A stretch of 64,000 nucleotides of DNA, taken from assembly GCA_039096225.1 (NCBI GenBank), contig JBBPEB010000028.1, positions 620,001 through 684,000 on the forward strand. The letters run 5' to 3'. The stretch comes from Blastocystis sp. Blastoise. Its lineage: Eukaryota; Protista; Bigyra: Opalinata. Position numbers and translations under genes: made by a program. Below are positions 56,251 to 64,000 of this stretch, in pieces. The notes below the pieces were generated by a model, which was not told where the DNA came from, searched no databases, and saw nothing but the letters and a program-made list of their open reading frames with translations. The first letter of the stretch is position 1. Each line of letters begins with the position of its first letter.

Positions 56251-56798
56251 TATAGGTAGGTACTGGATTCCGTAATGAGATTTCTCCTCGTGCTGGTTTA
56301 CTTCGTGTCCGTGAATTCCCTATGGCGGAAATAGAACATTTCTGTAATCCTAAAGATAAGAGTCACCCTAAATTTAAAAATCTTAAAGATTTACATGTTC
56401 CTCTATTCCCTAGAGAACATCAAAAAGGAGATGGAAAAATTATTAATCCTACTTGTATATATTATTATTATTATAAATATATGTAGTTTTTTTTTTTTTT
56501 AAGTATAAATTAATATATATGATATTATTGACCTATATTTGTAATAATAATATATATATAGTAGAAGAAGCTGTAAATGCTGGTACTATTAATAACGAGA
56601 CTTTAGCTTATTTCTTAGGAAGAGTATATCAATTTTTAACTACTGTTGGTATTGATAATACCAGACTTCGTTTCAGACAACATCTTGAAACTGGTATATA
56701 TATTATAATTAGTTATATTATTATATATTATAGTTAGTTATTATTATTATTATATATAGTTGTTATTATTATTATTATATATAGTTAGTTATATTATA

Positions 56799-56830
<32 letters not shown>

Positions 56831-57980
56831 GAGATGGCTCATTATAGTAGTGATTGTTGGGATGCTGAAATCAAGTTATCCTACGGCTGGACTGAATGTG
56901 TAGGTATCGCTGATAGATCCTGCTTCGATCTTACTAATCATAGTAGAGTGACTAAGGTTGATTTATCTGCAAGTGTTAAATATGATACTCCTATTTCTGT
57001 TGAAGTATTTGTACCTAACTTTAATAATAAAGTATTAGGTATGAACTTTAAGAAAGAACAGAATCTAGTAAAGGAATATATAAAGAGTATTAGTGAATCT
57101 GATTTAGAATTAACTGAAAAGATAGTGAATGCTTTTGAAAATAATGAATCTTATACTGTTGGTCCTCTTGACAATGGAAATACTTATGTATATATACTTA
57201 ATTTTATTTATTATAATATAGATTATAATTAAAAATACATATTATTATTGATCTATTATTATAATTATTATGATAAAAATAAAATAACAATATACTATTA
57301 ATAATATAATTATATAGACCCTTACTAAGGATATGGTTACTTTCAAGAAATCTATTAAGAAGATTCATGAAGATAAATTTGTTCCTTCCGTTATAGAACC
57401 CTCTTTTGGTGTTGGTCGTCTTTTATATGCTATTCTTGAACATAGTTTCTATATTAGAGAAGGTATATATATATATATTATTATTTATTATTATTATTAT
57501 ATATAGATAGTGAAAAGAGAAATGTTATGAAATTTAGACCTTGTGTATTTATATATTTATATTTATAATAATAATAATATAATTATATATAATTATATAT
57601 AGGTTGCTCCTGTAAAATGTTCTATTTTCCCTCTTTCGAATTCTGCTCTTCTTCAACCTGTTGCTGAATCAATTTCCAGAGATATTAAGGATTTAGGATT
57701 CTCTACTAAGATTGATACTACTTCTGCTTCTATTGGTAGAAGATATGCTCGTACTGATGAAATTGGTATTCCTTTCGCTGTTACTGTTGATTTTGATACT
57801 GTTACTAGTGATTCTCCTCTTTATAATACTGTTACTGTAAGAGAAAGAGACTCTATGCAACAAGTTCGTGTCCCTGTTAAAGATCTTACTAATTTAATTC
57901 ATGATTTAGTTCTTGAAAAGAAGACTTGGGCACATGCTGTTGAGAATTATCCCGTTGTTGATACCAAAAATCAAGATTAA
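55076..57980 (+). CDS. GARS: Glycyl-tRNA synthetase (homodimeric type) with WHEP domain and putative organellar presequence
   Basis: Motifs [28 protein letters not shown]|[53 protein letters not shown] and [12 protein letters not shown]. Confidence 0.97.
55740..55844 (+). other. U12-type AT-AC intron in GARS
   Basis: 5' splice site ATATCCTT, branch-like TTTCTTTAAT at 55823-55832, 3' end TAC. Excision restores the conserved RAD|KLLE. Confidence 0.93.
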
Positions 57981-58591
57981 AAACTATTATTCATTATATA
58001 TATGAATCTTTTATTCTTTTTATATGAATTATATATATGTCTTGTTTTTCTTTACAATGGATGTATTCTATAAATCTATGCACTTGTAATGTTTCGTTTT
58101 CATTCAATTTCACTGTTAATCATTTTATTTTACAATTGTTATGCTATTCATAAATTATGACTCAATTTTTTTTAATATTAATTGTAGAGAAATAAGCATT
58201 TAAACCTTTTTTATAAAAGATATATAATAAAACATGAAGTGATTACTATTGATTATCTTATAAATATTCCTAAAATACATGTCTTTAAATACTTTTTATT
58301 TTCATCAGATAGAAACAAATGTAATATTGCTAGTAAATTAAAACTATATAAATAAAAAAAAAACATTAAAAAAAAAAAACAAAAAAAAAAAGAGAGAAAA
58401 AAAAAGCATGTGTTAATCATTTTAATTAGTTATTCATTTTAAATATATAATGATAGAGAGGAGCAAAGAAATAAAATTTAGTTATAGGTTATATATACAT
58501 TATATATATATTTTTATACTGCACCAATAAATATAAAATATATAATATAACCTATTAAATAATATTATATATATATATATATATATATCTA

Positions 58592-59948
58592 TTAATTTGA
58601 ATCTAATCCAAATACTTGAATATCATTAACTAAAAAGAAGTTTTTATCATTAGGTCCTGCAGTATCAACAAATAAACTACTTCCATACGTAGAATCACGT
58701 TCATAAAGACCACTTTTTGTACCTATAAAAGAACGATTTATTCTATTACAATCATTTTCTAAATAGAAACCACTACAAAAACAAGCTAAAGACACTGTAT
58801 TTTGTACAATTGCATCTTTTTCTGATAAAACATTAAATTTTTGAGGACCTGTATTATGAGGATTCTTTAAAGTAAATATAAACGCATTTGGATCTAATCT
58901 CCAACCTACTCCTATATATATATATATATATATAATAATTATTATTATTAGTAGTAGTTTATTAATTTAATATTTTTATATATACATATAATATAATAAT
59001 AATAAACATTATATAAAATAATAAACATATATTTACATAAAATAATAAATATATATTTACATATAATAAATCAATAAATATATATATATATATATATATA
59101 TACCAGGAATTGCTTGTATTTGTGGGAACCCCCATCCAACGGATGAATATCCTCCAAAAATACATGGAATATTATTCTTTCCCTTAGCATTCACAAGAAC
59201 AAGCGTTTCGCCTTTATCATCACATATAGAATGAAATGATTTGGCCTTAAAACCATCTATACTAGCTCTATATATATATAATAATTTATAAATCTATAAT
59301 TCATTAAATTAAAAAATAATATAATTTAAAAAATATAGAATTTCTTGAAAAAATTCTATAAAAACGAAATTATACTGAAAAATTAATTTCCATTTTTTCT
59401 CTATAGATAACCAATCAGATAATACATTATAAGTATCTTCAGTTAAAAGTGTTGATTCCTTTAATGAAATTGAACGAGCAGCACTGATTTCTCTTCTTAT
59501 AATAGGAGTAGAATAAAATTGAGTTCTGGGTACCTTTATATATTTAAAATAATTAAAAATAAAAAAATCAATTATAAAAAAAATAATAAGACAAAAACAT
59601 ATGAGAATCTCTAGGTACCTGAAGCGGAGGATTCGAGAACACTGACATACTAGAGAAAAACTTATTTTGTAATTTTGGAGATTTTATAGATGAAAAAGGA
59701 TTATCCACATCAACGATTTTTCTTTTATTTGAATTGGATGCATTATTGCTATCTATCTGATTGAAAAAAATAAATGAAATCTTTTTTGGATTATAGTATT
59801 GACTTGAAACATTGTCTGTTGGATTAAACTTATCAACTTCTTCATTTAATTGCTCATTATTTGCAGTCTGCATATTGATTTTATCTTTATCCATCTTTGC
59901 ATCATAGAGTATGCCATCATCAGGGATTGCCTTACTTGAACTACTCAT
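58592..59948 (-). CDS. TLDc domain protein
   Basis: Motifs WKLIFQASIDGFKAKSFHSICDDKGETLVLV, FGGYSSVGW, DPNAFIFTLKNPH and DIQVF. Confidence 0.9.
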
Positions 59949-60153
59949 CGTGTCAATAGAAACTAGTAGTAAATAAAATGCTTAAATTACTTATATAGTC
60001 CTGTAGACTATATTTCTAATAAAACAAATTTTTAAAACTGATTAAATACGAATTCCCATGAGAATTCATCAAAAAGTTTAGTTTTTTTATGTGTTCTAGT
60101 CTTAAAACACATTTCAAATCACTATATAGCGGTTTTATTATTTGACAGATATG

Positions 60154-60179
60154 ATTGGCTATTATACTATTTATCCAAT
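60154..60179. promoter_or_regulatory. Paired inverted CCAAT boxes (ATTGG-N16-CCAAT)
   Basis: TGATTGGCTA...TATCCAATCA, ~200 bp upstream of the TLDc ATG. Confidence 0.5.
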
Positions 60180-60446
60180 CAACATGTTTTAATATATAAA
60201 AAAACTATTTGATTGTTTTTTACAAGTTTTTCTTTTACTCGAAATAATTTAGTAAATGATAGATGCATGGCTCAGTCATATATGGCACGCATTTTTAATA
60301 AAACCCCTCTTAAGTTTTTTTCTTTTAGATTTAAAAAAACTTATATCATAATTTGCAGTTAACTAGTAGGCATATTTACGGTTTTTCTGGCACTACTACA
60401 TCGAATTGGCAATATTTCCGCAATTGTTAAAATTGCAACTGTAAAA

Positions 60447-60566
60447 ATGGCAATTATTGCGATTGCAGAAATGGCAATTATCACAATTGCAGAAATACCA
60501 ATTATTATAACTTCGGAAATACCAATTATCACAATTGCAGAAACAGCAATTATTACAATTATAGAA
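60447..60566. repeat. 24-bp tandem repeat x5 (degenerate copies extend to ~60409)
   Basis: Unit approximately ATGGCAATTATCACAATTGCAGAA. Confidence 0.85.
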
Positions 60567-61250
60567 ATCGGTTTAAATATTCGATCTATTAAATTCAAAA
60601 AATTTTCAGTAATATTATTAATCTACTAATATTTAACAAAACAATTTACTTTTTTATTAAAAAACATATAAAACACATATAATATTTAAAAATAAGTAGA
60701 GAAATAAGCGTTTAATTGTTTTCTCAACTAATGAAGACCAAATCATTTCTGAAAAATAACTCTAAGCAATTATAAACATCTAAAATAAATAAACAAGATA
60801 TAATGATATATATACAAACAAAGCAATTTTTGAATTAAATTTGTATCTACAAATTTTAAATCGAATTCTAAATAATATAGTACACAAATAATATAGCATA
60901 CATAGATAATGGTAATAATTGAAAAACTAGCATAGTTTGAATACTATATATAGAACTATAGTGAATAATGGAAAGAAATAATACATAAATATACATATAT
61001 ACAAAAATAATATTCAACAATGTATTAAACCAGACAACAACTTTTCATCCTATATATATTTTAGTTAATAAATTAAATATATATATATACAGCACAAATA
61101 CTTGGCAGCAAATCAAAGAACCAAGTATAAAAGTAGTCTATAAATATTTAACAATTAGATATAATACATAATAATATATATATAAATATATCTCTGTATG
61201 TATATATATTGTATATGTAGAGTATCAATTTATTAAAAGTATTAAACATA

Positions 61251-62111
61251 CTAAAATTCATAATTTATATAATTTTCTTGAAGCTTAGCTAGTAAGGACA
61301 GTTTTTCGCTGCAACCCTTACACAAATCATCAAGAATACGATATGCTGTATAAGTAGCAGACTATAGAAATAGAATAAAATAAGTATAATATAAATATAT
61401 ATACAAATAATGAATTTGTTTCTATATTATTTTGAGCACCTTCATCATTAGGAAAAGATATTGGTGATATTCTAAAGAATTTTAGAATTGAGCTTTTGTA
61501 TTTTTTGTTTCTGAAACAGTTAGCAACCACTATTTGAACTTGAAAAGGATCATTAAAATACTCAGCATCTTCATCATGTAAAGTATTCCATATTATTGAC
61601 GATATTTTTATAAATAAATCGCTATTCAAGTTTAAATTATACGCATCCTTTTTCTTTTCCCACATATATATAGAATTCGTCCGTTCTTCGTCAGATAAAA
61701 CCATAGGAATTAAATTAACTGCATCCTATATATAAAATAATACTTAATATGTAATGATTTTAAGCTAAATAGGTAAATAATACATACATATATTTTCTTT
61801 TTTGAAGATGTATAAGATCCAGAATATCCAAGGTGTTTTACACAGAGTTTTCTCAAAAAGACTTCAACTTCCATGTCACAGGAATAATTATACGGTCCTA
61901 AAACAATTACAAAATAATAAAAACTTACAATACCACCATTAATCAAGTCTTCGAACCCTTTGAAAAAGGATTTGACTTGTTTAACTGTTCTTCGTTTTAG
62001 TCGATGAAGTGATTTCAATTTTTTCTTACCATGTGTTTTATTTTTATCATAAGTAACAGCAGAAATGGTTTCATCTGTTGATGAAATATCGCTAACCACT
62101 GATGAATTCAT
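61251..62111 (-). CDS. Hypothetical protein with a basic NLS-like N-terminal patch; 3' end uncertain
   Basis: MNSSVVSDISS...HGKKKLKSLHRLKRR, with four frame-compatible exons to TAG at 61251. Further exon-like pieces down to ~61010 could not be joined in frame. Confidence 0.55.
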
Positions 62112-62760
62112 TTTTTTCGTCTGCTGATATAATAAAAAATAATTAACTGGTTAAAGAAAAACAACTAAAACACAACAGAATTATATTTTTGCGTAATATC
62201 CTATATAACCGTGATTTTTTGGAAATAATGGCCATAAATAAACAGATTCTTTTATTATTGGATCTTTCATACTATTTTCATAATAATCGTTTTCCACGTT
62301 CGAATATATATATGCAAATAATCACTATTTTTTCAAAAATATAACATAATGCAGGCTATTGTAGTAATATCCTTTGTCATTTTTACTTATGTTAAAGAAA
62401 CAATTATTGACTCTTAATACCATTTTCTTTACTTCATAAAACATGACAACCGTAAAGCATTTTAAAGCCCATAAAAAACCATCAGTGATTAGTACATATC
62501 TATCTATTTTTTTGACCAGATTGCATATCAATTATAATTATATACTGTTTCAATATTTTTAGAATCAATTCAAAGAAATGTATCCATAAGCAACCATAAT
62601 CAAATAAACATTTTAATTAACACATTTAATGAAAGTATGTATAATAAAGTATTATCAAAAATATCTAAACAATTAAATTTATTAATAAGCTTATTTCGTT
62701 AAATTCTCAATTGATTATTTCATTTTATATAATATATAACTAACTAATTATCAGCTATCT

Positions 62761-62785
62761 ATTGGTTTAACATCTTATAGCCAAT
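62761..62785. promoter_or_regulatory. Paired inverted CCAAT boxes (ATTGG-N15-CCAAT)
   Basis: About 40 bp upstream of the proposed transposase ATG at 62827. Confidence 0.45.
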
Positions 62786-62826
62786 ATATATTGTATACTA
62801 GTTAAACTTTTATTATATTTCATTAC

Positions 62827-64000
62827 ATGAATCTTCATATGTTGTCTATAGCCCAGGATATTCGCAAAAATAGCGTTATACTTCGCCAAATTATTGAAAT
62901 AGCAGTATAAATAATAAGCTTTTATATTTCCATATCATATATTATTCATTTTAACCATTATATACATATATCGTATTTATAAAATAAGGTATTATATAGT
63001 AAATACTCTAGCAATTGTTTTTTTGTAATATTATAATTTATAATATACTACTATTACATAATAAATATATAACTTTATATAAATATCCATAATTAAATTA
63101 CTATTATATATTTCAGAGCAAATAAAAATGAATTGTAATCAATATATTTATTTAGATTAGCTTCTAATATAAATAATAATTATATTTATATATTATTGCT
63201 TTTTATTTATAAACTGTGCTATTTTTACTTCTTATATGCATTATTTAAATATTACTATATATATAGAATAAAGCAACGATTTATGGATCAAAATCAATTA
63301 AAGATGAATTAGAAGATGAAGCCTATAAGCTGTGGGTAACGCTGGAACTTCCATATGAAAAATTCCATGATATTTTAGTTTATACAAATTCAACGTTCAA
63401 ATTGGTAGATAGTAGTTATAGTACACTTCTGAATAGCAATTATGACTCACAAACATACATCAGAAGCATTAGATCTAAACAATTCTTCTTTCCAGCTTCA
63501 TTGAGACTTTATATATGTCCTGAATGTTTAAAAATTACAAATGCTACATCTTCTAGAAACAGCCTATCTTACGACGATATTAAATGTTTCGAGCATAACG
63601 ATATTTCAGATGATAGTATATATATATAATGATATTTAAGTATCTTAATAAATACTTAATAAAATTGTACTATTCACTATATTCTATAGAAATGTATCAT
63701 ACAACAATACTTCCTGTTATCCCACGAATAAAAAGACTTCTTTCTAATGCTGATCTTCTAGAAGATATATCGTTTTACAAGAAGGACGATATAATGCAAC
63801 TGCTAAGTCTTCATAGTCATGAAGACTATTATATTCAAACATCAGAGATGGATACTCGTGACATAACACAAAATACATTAGTTGATATCCCTTATTTCTT
63901 TTATGGTTCTACATTTTATAAATATACGCAACCTCTTGTAGAAAAAGGCGATATTTTCCTCTTTTTTTCTGTGACTTCTGATGGGATAACTGTATTTAAT
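62827..64000 (+). CDS. CACTA/EnSpm (Tnp2/Transposase_21)-like transposase, 5' part, runs off the window
   Basis: Exons ~62827-62904 (tentative), 63267-63616 and 63690-end. In order: YICPEC, ILPVIPRIKRLLSN (cf. TnpD YFPxIPRLxRLF), and LFFSVTSDGITVFN (cf. LxLxTDGxxPF, the first catalytic Asp). Confidence 0.72.

Noticed and set aside
432-62111. Stop codons created by polyadenylation (known in some Blastocystis)
   Set aside because: Every complete gene modelled here has a genomic stop codon.

Overview
Very AT-rich, intron-dense eukaryotic nuclear DNA. I infer a stramenopile protist, plausibly a divergent Blastocystis-like lineage; this is not confirmed. Most ORF-track entries are exon fragments or TA-repeat artefacts, so I rebuilt the genes by hand-splicing. 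Genes, in order: cyclin Y-like, an unknown protein, a ~2,100-aa membrane-anchored coiled-coil protein, an SLC35F6-like transporter, a one-exon-per-repeat LRR protein, TTC27, a cold-shock/Y-box protein, USO1/p115, BUD23, an ERGIC/Erv46-family protein, a SYP7-like Qc-SNARE, SWR1, RRS1, glycyl-tRNA synthetase, a TLDc protein, a second unknown gene, and the 5' part of a CACTA/EnSpm-like transposase at the right edge. Highlights: (1) an 8.6-kb element (44627-53208) bounded by 15-bp CACTA-type TIRs and a TA duplication. It has no transposase but carries 73-bp subterminal repeats, two apparently spliced minus-strand units, a ~4-kb purine/pyrimidine-skewed tract and a perfectly paired non-canonical tRNA-like cloverleaf at the tract's 3' end. 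(2) Two AT-AC U12-type introns, in GARS and USO1. (3) A recurrent ATTGG-N15/16-CCAAT promoter element. (4) Introns built largely from self-complementary (TA)n.
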